Positions 19,233-29,024 of a stretch of DNA of 64,000 nt are shown piece after piece. Both the position numbers and the translations under genes were made by a program. Numbering within the stretch: position 1 is the first letter of the stretch; every line of letters begins with the position of its first letter. Origin of the DNA: a virus. The DNA lies in the IMG/VR virus record IMGVR_UViG_3300036799_000043, positions 1 to 64,000 of that record, one strand, 5' to 3'. The notes beneath the pieces are model-generated. The model searched no databases. It was given only the letters and a program-made list of their open reading frames with translations, and was not told the origin of the DNA.

Positions 19233-20035
19233 CGCACTTTCTCGATACCGATGATCTCGTGCAGATTGTCGATGCGCTCTTTTGCCTGCTGCTCTGCTTG
19301 CGCGTAGCTCGACGCAGAGAACGTGCGCTCAATCTCGACTGGCTGATACACCAACATCTTGACTTTGAATTGTGAAATGGTGATAGGCGTCGTCACGCCA
19401 AAGACACTGACGATGTTGTCTGGCACGTCTTGCTGCGGTGCGGGTTCGTCCGTCCACAGTTGACTCGCATCGATCTCAAGCTTCTCCGGCACATACGTAT
19501 CAGCAGCTTGCTCAACGACTGGTGCTGGCTTGTCGTGCAGAATAAGCGCGTCTGTGTAGTGCTCAGCGCCCCACGCGATTACAAGCCCGAGCACTTGCCT
19601 GCCAATACCCCAGGTCCTGATGATCTCGTCAGTCTCCATACGAGCTTGTCGCGCTTCAAGAATCTCGCGCCGCTCTGCATCTGTCAGTGCGTCGAAGCGA
19701 TCTTTCCAACTCTGACGCTGGTTCGCTGCGTACGCTTCGGTACGCGTCTGAGCCTTTGGCATCTCCGAAACCTCTGATTCGTCGTCGAGTGTTTCTACGT
19801 CCTGAACCAGCACGTAGTTGCTTGCGAGTGGCTCGAATTCAAGGTGCCACTCGCGGTCGGTGTTCTTGCTGCTGCCGCCCATTGAATTTGTGTGGCGATT
19901 CTTGAGCGTGTGCAGTTTTGCGGTGTGACCGTTGACGCGCTCGACAACGACTCGCAGGCCAGCGTGACTGCTACCCGCGCGCTTCTCCCACACCTGACCG
20001 ACTTCGATGCGCGGCAGCGTCTTGTCGGCTGTCAT
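19229..20035 (-). CDS. Hypothetical protein (possible central HTH)
   Basis: Start at MTADKTL via ATGA overlap with the upstream gene. Confidence 0.55.
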   Translation of the reverse strand: MTADKTLPRIEVGQVWEKRAGSSHAGLRVVVERVNGHTAKLHTLKNRHTNSMGGSSKNTDREWHLEFEPLASNYVLVQDVETLDDESEVSEMPKAQTRTEAYAANQRQSWKDRFDALTDAERREILEARQARMETDEIIRTWGIGRQVLGLVIAWGAEHYTDALILHDKPAPVVEQAADTYVPEKLEIDASQLWTDEPAPQQDVPDNIVSVFGVTTPITISQFKVKMLVYQPVEIERTFSASSYAQAEQQAKERIDNLHEIIGIEKVR

Positions 20036-20328
20036 ACTGGCCCACCAGTAAGAAAACGGCTGAGGTTCTTGCGCCCGTTGCGCATCGACTCGCTTTGTTT
20101 GCGAGAGAATGAGCCAATGACGCAGCCGTTCTTGCACTCGAACAGCAGTGGCGTGCCGGGTACAGCTTTGACTGGTCGAACCTCGTGGTAGTCGTTGTTC
20201 GGGCAGAACGGTGGCAGAATTGCTCTGCACTGGTAGCACGTCACACGATGTACGTCGCGTGACATCACCCACTGTGCACCGCACTGAGAGCAGAGTCGTC
20301 CGTTGGGCTTGTCGTCTGTTTTTGGCAT
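20032..20328 (-). CDS. Cys-rich hypothetical protein
   Basis: SD AAGG plus ACACGAC box upstream; CxxC pairs. Confidence 0.5.
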   Translation of the reverse strand: MPKTDDKPNGRLCSQCGAQWVMSRDVHRVTCYQCRAILPPFCPNNDYHEVRPVKAVPGTPLLFECKNGCVIGSFSRKQSESMRNGRKNLSRFLTGGPV

Positions 20329-20377
20329 GATTACCTTTCGTCGTGTGTGTGTCTTAGCAGTCTACAGCACTGTCTAG

Positions 20378-21250
20378 TTAGCGCGCAACACGGCGCTTGA
20401 TTGGTTGATGCTCAACGCGCAGTAGGTCTGCTGCCTGCAGCGTTGCGAGCGTCGCTGCTCTGTAGCCTGACTGCAGTCGTCGGTTGAACAGCATGCGTAC
20501 TGTGTCGTCGGTAGCGATCTTTGCGCCGCCACTCAGATAGCTCTCGCGCAGTTGATCTGCGAGTGACGCATCGACGAATTCGCGAGTCAGCAGAATGTGC
20601 AGTGCGGTGAACACTGGACCGTGATGCTCGTCTACTGGAGCGAGCAAGTGCGCAAGCTCGTGTACAAGTACGAGCGGGCTCCATGACCAGCGACCAGCAA
20701 GTTTGATCGAGCGCTCGTGAGATCGAGCGCTCGCAGTGGATCGATTGCTGTGTGTGACGCGCGGGCGCTCTGCGCCGAAACCGCTACGTGCAACCCACCA
20801 GCCGCTCTCAGTGATCGAGTACACGAAACTCTCTGCTTCTTGCGCAGACGCGAGAGGCTCGTTCCTGAGCTTGTCCTCAGCGCGATACACGCGCTTGCGC
20901 TGACCGTCTCTGATTTTATTTGTCTGTCGATGCCCATCTTCCAGAAACAGCGCGAACGAACGCCGCGCGCGAATGATTTTGCTTCCACTCTGCATGCGCC
21001 CAACGAGCATTCGGCACATGTCGTCACCTTCGTTCGCGAGTGTCGCGAGCAGTCTCTCCGCGTCTGGATAGTGAACAATGCTGTTTGTGCCAACATACTC
21101 GCCGCGAGTGTTGACGAGCCTGTACTGCAGGTACGCGTGCTCGAATGGGTTCTCCCATGAGTGGTACCCGTCGTTTGGATTGAGTCTGTCGTATGTCTGA
21201 CGTACGAGCTTCGCGCAGTAGCGTGCAAGCTCAGCAGTTGATGTAGCCAT
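20378..21250 (-). CDS. HEXXH zinc metallohydrolase (SprT/TIGR04338-like)
   Basis: 'QRKRVYRAE', 'VLVHELAHLL....HHGPVF'. Confidence 0.7.
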   Translation of the reverse strand: MATSTAELARYCAKLVRQTYDRLNPNDGYHSWENPFEHAYLQYRLVNTRGEYVGTNSIVHYPDAERLLATLANEGDDMCRMLVGRMQSGSKIIRARRSFALFLEDGHRQTNKIRDGQRKRVYRAEDKLRNEPLASAQEAESFVYSITESGWWVARSGFGAERPRVTHSNRSTASARSHERSIKLAGRWSWSPLVLVHELAHLLAPVDEHHGPVFTALHILLTREFVDASLADQLRESYLSGGAKIATDDTVRMLFNRRLQSGYRAATLATLQAADLLRVEHQPIKRRVAR

Positions 21251-21468
21251 TATCGACCCTGCCAAGCTTCTTTGTACATCTTGGCCGGAACGTCGACAGT
21301 CGCATGGAAGAAGTGCTCTTTTGTCACGCTGAGTGCATGACGGCCGCTGGGCTGCATGAGTGGCTTACCCTTGTGACTCATGACGCAATCGAACGTGCCA
21401 CGCTCGAACCCACAGCCCTTGCGGCAGACGCTGGAGACTTTGATCTTTTTCGCTGTCGTCGTGTTCAT
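21250..21468 (-). CDS. Small hypothetical protein (leaderless, MNTTT...)
   Basis: ATG 7 nt after the -10; TAATG-coupled to the next gene. Confidence 0.55.
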   Translation of the reverse strand: MNTTTAKKIKVSSVCRKGCGFERGTFDCVMSHKGKPLMQPSGRHALSVTKEHFFHATVDVPAKMYKEAWQGR

Positions 21469-21475
21469 TACGAGC

Positions 21476-21504
21476 ACTATACAGTGCTGAATACTGATAC
21501 ACAA
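21476..21504 (-). promoter_or_regulatory. Sigma70-type phage promoter with CAGCACTG
   Basis: TTGTGT-17 nt-TATAGT. Confidence 0.65.
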
Positions 21505-21530
21505 GCACTTTAGCCATTTTGTGACCTAAG

Positions 21531-21950
21531 TCAAGCTGCAGCAGCAGCTAGCTGCGCGTCAATCTCGCTCAATCGATTCAGCCAGAAGCGCTCGTCACCG
21601 ACTTCCGTGCGCGCGAGTATCTCAAGCACTTCGTCGCGATCAGACTCAAGCTCGTCGAGCAACATCTCTTTGTCTTTGCAGCCGATCTCAATCGACGCAT
21701 CACCGTATGGATCGAAGTGAGACATACCGAAGTACGTCGACAAACGACGCTCAGCGACGTGTCTGTCCAGATCATCCCAGTCAGCGCCAATGTACGACCG
21801 AATCATCTGTCGCTCGCGCGCGTCCAACTCTATGTATGGAACAGAACGCGTCCTATTCCATTGCTGACTCTTGGCTTTGGATTCGTTACGGCCGCGCAGC
21901 ATTGGACTGTGCGCAAGCCTTTTCGGCGTTACACCGCCAGAAGATGGCAT
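21531..21950 (-). CDS. Hypothetical protein, first gene of leftward arm
   Basis: Preceded by a TAGACT promoter and ACACACGACGA box. Confidence 0.55.
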   Translation of the reverse strand: MPSSGGVTPKRLAHSPMLRGRNESKAKSQQWNRTRSVPYIELDARERQMIRSYIGADWDDLDRHVAERRLSTYFGMSHFDPYGDASIEIGCKDKEMLLDELESDRDEVLEILARTEVGDERFWLNRLSEIDAQLAAAAA

Positions 21951-22324
21951 TAGTGAGCTACTCGCTTTCGTCGTGTGTGTAGCTCAAGTCTACAGCGTCG
22001 AGCGTCTCACCGCAACAGAACTGTAGACTGTGGTGAAAGCCTGTGCGAGATCGTCTCCGTCTCCTTTTTCTTGAGCGCGCGTCCGCAGCGCGCGGCGACT
22101 CGTACACCTAAAATTGAATCCATCAACGGCCAAAAGACTGCAAGCGACCCACGCGCGCGCACGCGTGAGGTATAAACCTACTTTATAGGTAAACCTAAGT
22201 CTTTACCTGGTCATTCTAACTTTAGAGTGAGCCGCGCTTCTGGAAGCGCTCAGTAAAAGGAGACGGTACGAGGTGGAACCTAGGGACACCGCGCGCGCGA
22301 GGCGCTCAGAGTCTACGGTGCTGC

Positions 22325-22353
22325 TTGCTAATTAGACAGCGCTGCTTTATGAT
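22325..22353 (+). promoter_or_regulatory. Promoter of rightward arm (leaderless HTH gene)
   Basis: TTGCTA-17 nt containing CAGCGCTG-TATGAT; ATG 6 nt later. Confidence 0.6.
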
Positions 22354-22359
22354 CGCGAC

Positions 22360-22683
22360 ATGCAAGCACAGGCATCACGTCCGTCGCGCTCAGGTCGCGG
22401 TGGCTACGGGCGCAGCAAGTACAACGAAAGAGGAGAGCGACTCGACAGGATCATGTCGGCGCAAGGGCGTCGACTCAAGTGGTTGCTCGACAGACTCGAA
22501 GATTCTGAGCGACCAGTCTCGCGGCAGACTCTCTACCGCGCTCGCCTACCAGAAAGCGATCCGCTGTACATCAACGTCGACAACAGCGTCTGGCTAGAAG
22601 TAGCCAAGATACTGCACGTTCACCCGAGTGAGCTACTCGGCAACAGCCTGTCGACTGCGGTGCCCAGCCAGAAAGCGGGCTAG
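22360..22683 (+). CDS. Putative XRE/Cro-like HTH regulator
   Basis: 'VSRQTLYR...VAKILHVHPSELL'; first gene after the divergent region. Confidence 0.6.
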   Translation: MQAQASRPSRSGRGGYGRSKYNERGERLDRIMSAQGRRLKWLLDRLEDSERPVSRQTLYRARLPESDPLYINVDNSVWLEVAKILHVHPSELLGNSLSTAVPSQKAG

Positions 22684-22780
22684 ACAACACAATGCCCGGT
22701 CCTTGCGAACCGGGCACCGTGCCACACGACGAAAAACAGCGGAGCAGATGTAACCCAGCGTTCTTCGGAGACACTATAGC

Positions 22781-23161
22781 GTGACAGGCAACATCACCGA
22801 TCATAAAAAGGTTACGGACACTCGCACACAAACCGTGCGTATTGAGCAGATCGAGCAGCAGTACGTAGCCGATCACATGCGCGTACCTGATCTAGAGCCA
22901 GATGACACTAGCTGGATATGGATGCAGTACGGCTTCGACCTTGCGCTGTTCGCAGTCGAGCAGTGGGCGAAGCTCGAACCAGACGCAGCAAAGTCTGTCT
23001 GGCAAGCGTGGCACGACGCCATGACTCTGCAGGATCGCCCGCACCGAGATCGCGACACGTGGCAAGCACTCGACCGCAAAGAGCGCGTGTTGGATGCGGC
23101 GATTGCCAAGCAGGTCGTGTTCGACATCATCAAACACGTAAGGGGTACTACCGATGAGTAG
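22781..23161 (+). CDS. Hypothetical protein
   Basis: ORF in rightward operon. Confidence 0.5.
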   Translation: MTGNITDHKKVTDTRTQTVRIEQIEQQYVADHMRVPDLEPDDTSWIWMQYGFDLALFAVEQWAKLEPDAAKSVWQAWHDAMTLQDRPHRDRDTWQALDRKERVLDAAIAKQVVFDIIKHVRGTTDE

Positions 23162-23534
23162 CAGAACGTCCACAGGAGCGCCGCGCGAAGATCGTCGTCA
23201 GCGACGCGAGCGACAGGTGACTAACGCGAATCGCGTGAGCACGTACGGCTTGACAGACGACGTGCAGGCGAAGCTGCGCGAGATGACCGTGACTGCGCTG
23301 CTCGACGAAGCACCGCATCCAGACAACGAAGTGCGCATGCGTCACATCGGCGCAGAGCTTGCGAAGCAGATCGTTACCGCCGGCGTGCTTCAACGCAACG
23401 ACTGGGCAGTCGCGATCATCGACGGTGTTCTGTCGACAGAGCTACGTCGGTGGGCGGTGCGCGTCGAGCGTGACGAATTCAACCAGTCGACAGCACCGCA
23501 CGTGAAGCCGAATCAGGAAGCGCTGTTCTCGTGA
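23154..23534 (+). CDS. Hypothetical protein
   Basis: Overlap-coupled. Confidence 0.55.
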   Translation: MSSRTSTGAPREDRRQRRERQVTNANRVSTYGLTDDVQAKLREMTVTALLDEAPHPDNEVRMRHIGAELAKQIVTAGVLQRNDWAVAIIDGVLSTELRRWAVRVERDEFNQSTAPHVKPNQEALFS

Positions 23535-23896
23535 CGCTAAGCGGCTACAACGAGCCACAGCCGATGCCAACCGGTGACGGTCAGCTTGTGTCGCCCACTG
23601 CACAAGGTCTCGTGCGGTGGCAGGGCATTTTGCTCGACGCCGTAGGGATAGCCAATGCGATCTGCGTTGATTTACAGCAGCGTATCGACCATGGCACTGC
23701 CAAGTATGGTACGCCGCTGAGAACGCACAACGGGCGTGATGCGAAGATCGATGCGTACCAAGAGGTGCTCGACGCGATCCACTATTACCAGCAGGACTAT
23801 CTTGAGTCGCCAGACCAGGGGATGTTTGCTGATCTGACCGCCTTTGTGCAACTCGCAATCAAGATGCGCAAGAGACTCGACGCTCGCACGCCATAG
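23531..23896 (+). CDS. All-alpha NTP pyrophosphohydrolase-like (MazG-fold) protein
   Basis: 'G.AKYGT.L...NGRDA..DAYQEVLDAIHY' EXXD motif. Confidence 0.55.
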   Translation: MTLSGYNEPQPMPTGDGQLVSPTAQGLVRWQGILLDAVGIANAICVDLQQRIDHGTAKYGTPLRTHNGRDAKIDAYQEVLDAIHYYQQDYLESPDQGMFADLTAFVQLAIKMRKRLDARTP

Positions 23897-23983
23897 TCAC
23901 AGTTCTGCGCGTCGCTTGTGCAGACAAGCGCGAACAGATTTACACTGAATCCTTTCACACACGACGAAAGAGGGTTGACTGCA

Positions 23984-24709
23984 TTGACGCAGGCAGATGT
24001 GCAAATTGCACAGGACAACGTTGAACCAGCGTTCACACCGTCGACGCTGTATCAGCAGCTAACAGCACCGTTCCAGACACTGCACGACAAGCGTGGTGGT
24101 GCTGAATTCGACTACATCACTGGCGAGCAGTGCGTCACGCGACTCAACACTGTCTTCGGTGTTGGTGGCTGGTATTTCAAGATAACCAGTCGCGAGATCA
24201 TCGAGATTGCAGACGAGTGTCTCGTCGAAGGCGAGTTAGGTGCGTACATCAGCGATCAGTGGGTGGTGCGCACTCAGTTTGGCAGCCAGAAGCTCAAGCG
24301 CTCGCGCGCGTCTGGAACGGTGCTCGATATTGGTTTCGACTTCAAAGGTGCAACGACAGACTGCATCAAGAAATGCGCCAGTCTGTTTGGCGTCGCTCTG
24401 TATTTGTACGAGAAAGAACCACCGCACGGCGAAGCTCAGCACCCAAAGCCGACGACGAGCGACGACAGGACGCGCGGTGCACCGTACAACGCTGGCACGG
24501 CTGCAAAGCCGATATGCGAGAAGTGTGGCGAAGCACTCAAGGGCATCAAGTTCACTGTCGTCACGAACGGTAACGAGAAAGAAGTGACGTGGACGGCAAC
24601 GCAGCTTGCTCAGAAGGGCAAGCGCAACTATGCGGCGGTGCTGTGCTCGCTGCACTATCGCGAAGCAAAGAAACTCGCATCAGAAGCGCCTAGTCAAGGC
24701 GCTGACTGA
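23984..24709 (+). CDS. Rad52/Rad22-family (Sak-like) single-strand annealing protein; start uncertain
   Basis: 'YITGEQCVTRLNTVFG..GW', 'KGATTDCIKKCASLFGV..YLY'. Confidence 0.8.
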   Translation: MTQADVQIAQDNVEPAFTPSTLYQQLTAPFQTLHDKRGGAEFDYITGEQCVTRLNTVFGVGGWYFKITSREIIEIADECLVEGELGAYISDQWVVRTQFGSQKLKRSRASGTVLDIGFDFKGATTDCIKKCASLFGVALYLYEKEPPHGEAQHPKPTTSDDRTRGAPYNAGTAAKPICEKCGEALKGIKFTVVTNGNEKEVTWTATQLAQKGKRNYAAVLCSLHYREAKKLASEAPSQGAD

Positions 24710-27015
24710 TGCCAGATAGCGTTACACCGCAGCAGCGCTTCACAGCGCGACAGCCGTGTCCCATCTGTGCTGGTCACTCGAACATGCCTCAAGGCAAGGG
24801 CATGCGCTGCTTCGGCTTCCTAAGTGAAGATGGCGAGTATGCGCACTGCTCACGTGAGGATCATGCTGGCGAGATCGAGTCAGATCAAGCGAGCACGTAC
24901 CCGCACAAGCTGCACGGCAAGTGCGCGTGCGGTGTTCAACACGGCGAGGACATCGAAGAACGTCGACCAGTCAATCTGTCGAAACAGCGTCTACAGCGTA
25001 CAGGTGAAGCTCGACGAGCACCAGACATCGAGTATGAGTATCGCGACGAGGCGAATCGTCTCGTCGGCGTCAAGGGTCGCTGGAATATACCAGCGACCGT
25101 AGCTGGCGAGAAAGCAGACAAAGACATCGCATGGCGCATGCCTCAGGGCACGTACAGCGAAGGTCTGCGCAAGTACGGCATGTCTGTCGAGCAGATGCCG
25201 CTTTACAACGCGCACAAGCTCGCGCAGTTGCCAAAGGGCAGCATCGTCTACTTCGTTGAAGGCGAGAAGACTGCAGACGCGTGCGAGAGTGCCGGCCTAG
25301 TCGACTGGCAAAAGACTGGTGTCACATCGAATGCTGGTGGCTCAGCGCAGACAAAATTCGGTGAGTCACTCAGCGCAATCGAAGGCTTCCACTTACGACC
25401 GTGGCCTGACAACGATCCGCAGGGGCGCAAGCTCATGCGCGCACTGCGCCCGCTCGTCGAGCAGCGCTGTCTATCGTGGCGACCAGTGCTCGTCAGTGTC
25501 CCTGAGGGCGGCGATGCGTATGACTTCTTCTTTCCAGACGAGAACAGCGGTTACGACGCAGGCACCGTTGAGCAGGTCGTCAGTCAAGCGCTCGTCAAGC
25601 CAACGACTGAGCGTCTCGACGAGGAGACGATACGCGTCACCGCACCCACAACGCTGCCTGAGACACGTGCAGTGTTCACGTTCTCAGAGATCGAGCGTCA
25701 ACGCAGAAAGCTCGTGTGCGTCGTGCAGACGCAGGTCCTTGGCCTTGCGAGCATCAGCGCGCGCAAGACGCTGCAGTACGACATCGACGTACTGTCAATC
25801 AGCGCTGTCGACAACTATCGCAAGATGCTCGACAAGGCGTACACGCCAGAGCACGACTGGCACGATGTGTTGACTACAGCGGTGAGCGAGATGCGCACCG
25901 CGTGGTCGTCGAGCACAGGCGAGGTCGATGGTGTCGACATCGACGCGAGCGAAGGTGACGAGTTACTCATGGCGTGTCAGCGTATCTTGCCATGGGGTGA
26001 GCACGTGGTGATTTACGGTCGACGAGATAGCACGAAGTCATACGAAGTGCTGACGTTGGTGTGCAGCGCGTCGCTCGGTCTGCCGTTTGCGGGCATGCCA
26101 ACGAACTGTGAAGGCACGTGGCTGTACATCGATAACGAGACGAATGAGCGCAACTTTGGTCGACGCTTGCGACGCATCTGGCGTGGCATGGGTTTCGAGC
26201 CAGGCAGCTACCCGCGTGGACGCGTGCTGTACAAGAACGCTCGCGGTCGCTCGGTACCTGATCTATTCGACGACCTCAAGCCGCGCATCGATGAGCTTGG
26301 CATCGTCGGTATCGTTGTCGACTCTGCAGTACTGGCGTGTGGCGGTGATCCACTTGACTCGCTTGCTGTCGCGCATTACTTCGCGATGTGCGACCGCTTC
26401 CAGCGCACGATGATAACGATTGCACACGTGCCAAAGCCAGACAAGGAGAATGCTCGCCCGCCGACAGACCCATTCGGCTCGACAGTCTGGTCGAACAAAG
26501 CGCGCGCGTGCTGGCGTGTTGATCGTCAATCACACAGTGAGGGCGAGTCGCGTGTCAACGTCATGCTGACATGTACGAAAGGCAACGACTTACCAGACAA
26601 GCGCCCACTGTTCATGGAAGTCTGCTTTGAAGAAGACAACGGTCCTGTCAGTGTGCGACAGAAGCGTGCGAACGAAGCACCGCGCGAGCTACAGCAGAAC
26701 CTCACGCTCATCCAGAGAATCTGGAACGTGCTGCAGCGAGGCGCACTGACCGCGTACGACATCGCTGCGATCTTGAACGAAAACGCTATCGATAGAGTCG
26801 AAGCGAAGACGATCAAGGACACGTGCTATCGCCATACTCTGCCAGATGCACGTCCGAGACTCGTCGCGCTCGACAACGCGAACGAAGGTGGTCGTGGTCT
26901 GCAGACGCGCTATGCACGCGCTGAGATAGCGCACGCGCCCGCCTCAGCACAGCGACAAGCTGTCGGGCAAAACACGACGCCTGCTGCTGCTGACGACGAT
27001 GATCTGCCGCTGTAA
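24709..27015 (+). CDS. Primase-helicase: Zn-finger, TOPRIM, AAA_25/RepA-like helicase
   Basis: CPIC N-terminus; 'YFVEGEKTAD', 'WPDND..G' TOPRIM; Walker A GRRDSTKS, 'LYIDNE', Walker B 'IVVDS', 'IAH..K'. Confidence 0.85.
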   Translation: MPDSVTPQQRFTARQPCPICAGHSNMPQGKGMRCFGFLSEDGEYAHCSREDHAGEIESDQASTYPHKLHGKCACGVQHGEDIEERRPVNLSKQRLQRTGEARRAPDIEYEYRDEANRLVGVKGRWNIPATVAGEKADKDIAWRMPQGTYSEGLRKYGMSVEQMPLYNAHKLAQLPKGSIVYFVEGEKTADACESAGLVDWQKTGVTSNAGGSAQTKFGESLSAIEGFHLRPWPDNDPQGRKLMRALRPLVEQRCLSWRPVLVSVPEGGDAYDFFFPDENSGYDAGTVEQVVSQALVKPTTERLDEETIRVTAPTTLPETRAVFTFSEIERQRRKLVCVVQTQVLGLASISARKTLQYDIDVLSISAVDNYRKMLDKAYTPEHDWHDVLTTAVSEMRTAWSSSTGEVDGVDIDASEGDELLMACQRILPWGEHVVIYGRRDSTKSYEVLTLVCSASLGLPFAGMPTNCEGTWLYIDNETNERNFGRRLRRIWRGMGFEPGSYPRGRVLYKNARGRSVPDLFDDLKPRIDELGIVGIVVDSAVLACGGDPLDSLAVAHYFAMCDRFQRTMITIAHVPKPDKENARPPTDPFGSTVWSNKARACWRVDRQSHSEGESRVNVMLTCTKGNDLPDKRPLFMEVCFEEDNGPVSVRQKRANEAPRELQQNLTLIQRIWNVLQRGALTAYDIAAILNENAIDRVEAKTIKDTCYRHTLPDARPRLVALDNANEGGRGLQTRYARAEIAHAPASAQRQAVGQNTTPAAADDDDLPL

Positions 27016-27093
27016 GCCAAAGTACTACACTGATAAACTACGTGTGCCAATCTCACGTAGTAGATCGTGTAGTAGATATAAGAGGAAAACGTA

Positions 27094-27552
27094 GTGGTTT
27101 CACACGTCGAAGACACAACGATCATCAAGCAACTGACCGATCCCAAAGCAGCGCTCAAGCTGAGCGACATGACGCAAGAGGACATGCACCAGTATTACCT
27201 CGTGCTCGAACGTCGCGTAGTTGGCTCGAACGTCGCAATGTTCGAGGTCAATCATCGCTCAGCGTGGGTGCCAGGCTTACCCGAAGACGATATGGCATTC
27301 GCGTTCGAGGCGGTGCATGCGCGCTGGATGGATGTCGTCAGAGCGCTAGACTTCGCTGATGCGCACGCGCTTGCCACCACAGCTAACAGCCGCCGCGAGA
27401 AGATCCGTCAGGAAGTCCGTCAAAAGCTCGCCGAAAAAGACGCCAGCGCAAATAGCACTGGCGAAGGCGAAGTGGAAAGCGAACAACGACAAGCACGTAC
27501 TACCAGCGATGCTGTCGATAGTCGCTCGGGGGTATCCGCAGCCAGTTCGTGA
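27094..27552 (+). CDS. Hypothetical protein
   Basis: SD AGAGG; overlaps the next gene extensively. Confidence 0.45.
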   Translation: MVSHVEDTTIIKQLTDPKAALKLSDMTQEDMHQYYLVLERRVVGSNVAMFEVNHRSAWVPGLPEDDMAFAFEAVHARWMDVVRALDFADAHALATTANSRREKIRQEVRQKLAEKDASANSTGEGEVESEQRQARTTSDAVDSRSGVSAASS

Positions 27553-27835
27553 GCACGCGTTCGCGACAGATGTTGGTCGAGAATTCCGATTCGATCTAGC
27601 CTGGCCGGACGTGCAGTTTGAATCGCTGGGTGGCATGCGTCTCGCGTTCGAGATAGATGGTGGCGGTGAGCGCGGCCGACATCAGAAGCATTTGGGTTAT
27701 ATTGAGGATTGTCGCAAGCTGAATCTCGCACTGTTGCTCGGTTGGGCGGTGTTCCGATTCACGCCGACACAACTCGCTGAGGGCGAGCATATCAAGGTGC
27801 TCGCAACCGTCTGTATGAAATTGGCTCACCAATGA
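27359..27835 (+). CDS. PD-(D/E)xK endonuclease (DUF559/Vsr-like)
   Basis: 'EHAF....FRFDLAWP....AFEIDGG...RH....DCRKLN..LLGW..FRFT'. Confidence 0.75.
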   Translation: MRTRLPPQLTAAARRSVRKSVKSSPKKTPAQIALAKAKWKANNDKHVLPAMLSIVARGYPQPVREHAFATDVGREFRFDLAWPDVQFESLGGMRLAFEIDGGGERGRHQKHLGYIEDCRKLNLALLLGWAVFRFTPTQLAEGEHIKVLATVCMKLAHQ

Positions 27836-27893
27836 CTCTAGACGTGTAGCTACGCACCGCTGTATAGTCAGTCATACACACGAGAGGAGCAGA

Positions 27894-28202
27894 ATGAACA
27901 ATCTGGCTTTGTTGCGCGTCGCGCGCGAGCCTGTACCTTTACGCGTAGCTCCGGTGCGCGTCGATCCTCATGTGCAGTACTGGCGTGCAGCGTTGACGAA
28001 TGAATTGACGCTGTGCGACGAGCTTGAGTATGCGCGCACACTGCGCCGTATGCTTTCTGAGCTTGCCGATGGATGGCTAGTGCTACCACGTAGGTGTCGC
28101 TCGTGCGCGTATTACTTCGATCAGCCGATGCCGCCGATAGGTGTCTGGCGTGTGTACTGCTCGAAACGATGCCGTAACAATTTCAAGCGAAAGGTTCTAT
28201 AA
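27894..28202 (+). CDS. Zn-finger hypothetical protein
   Basis: CRSC and YCSKRC; promoter and SD upstream. Confidence 0.55.
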   Translation: MNNLALLRVAREPVPLRVAPVRVDPHVQYWRAALTNELTLCDELEYARTLRRMLSELADGWLVLPRRCRSCAYYFDQPMPPIGVWRVYCSKRCRNNFKRKVL

Positions 28203-28979
28203 ATGGTCACTGGCGATAAGATTGTCATTACTCCGTTTGTCGAAACAGATCCGAAGCCCGACATGCGCCTGGGTCGACACCAGGAACTTGACGGGCGCTC
28301 GATCCCGTACGCGATCAGCGCCGAAGACGCAGCGAGAGTCAAGATTCAGCCCGTCGAGTGGGTGCCGCCCATCAAGACGCTCAATCAGGGCAACCTCGGC
28401 TCGTGCGTTGGCAACGCGAGTACGTACCACCTATCCGAAGTGGTCGGCGCTGATGGGCTTGCGCGCGCAACTATCGATGGCGTGACGCTCAGCAAAGATG
28501 GCGACAACGAGCCATTCGCGGTGAAGCTGTATCACGGCGCGACTGTCAAAGACGGCTACCCGGGTTCGTACCCACCTGACGACACTGGCTCGTCTGGCCT
28601 CGGCGCGTGTCGCTTCCTGAAAGGCGTGAAGCTGATCGGCAGCTACACCCACGCGACGAGCGCGAAAGCATTCGGCGCGCTGCTCATGAAGCGCGGCGTT
28701 ATTACGGGCTGGCCATGGTACAACGACTGGTTCAATCCAGACAGCAATGGCTTTATCGATCACGGCAACTGGCACGCGTCCGGCATCGCAGGCGGTCACG
28801 AGATTTACTGCGAAGCCATCGAAGCGTGGGACGACAGCGACCCTGACAAGTGCATTCTGCGCTTCCACAATTCGTGGGACACGTCATGGGGTGACGCCGG
28901 CCGATTCAGACTGCATCTGTCGACGTATGTCAAGCTGCAGTCGCAGGTCGACGTGAAGCAGTTCCAGATAGCCGCATAA
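28203..28979 (+). CDS. C1 (papain-family) cysteine peptidase
   Basis: QGNLGSCVGN, GGHE, NSW..SWG..G.F catalytic motifs intact. Confidence 0.8.
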   Translation: MVTGDKIVITPFVETDPKPDMRLGRHQELDGRSIPYAISAEDAARVKIQPVEWVPPIKTLNQGNLGSCVGNASTYHLSEVVGADGLARATIDGVTLSKDGDNEPFAVKLYHGATVKDGYPGSYPPDDTGSSGLGACRFLKGVKLIGSYTHATSAKAFGALLMKRGVITGWPWYNDWFNPDSNGFIDHGNWHASGIAGGHEIYCEAIEAWDDSDPDKCILRFHNSWDTSWGDAGRFRLHLSTYVKLQSQVDVKQFQIAA

Positions 28980-29024
28980 CGACTCACGGGGCGCCTAGTG
29001 CGCCCCAGTTCTCACACGACGAGA

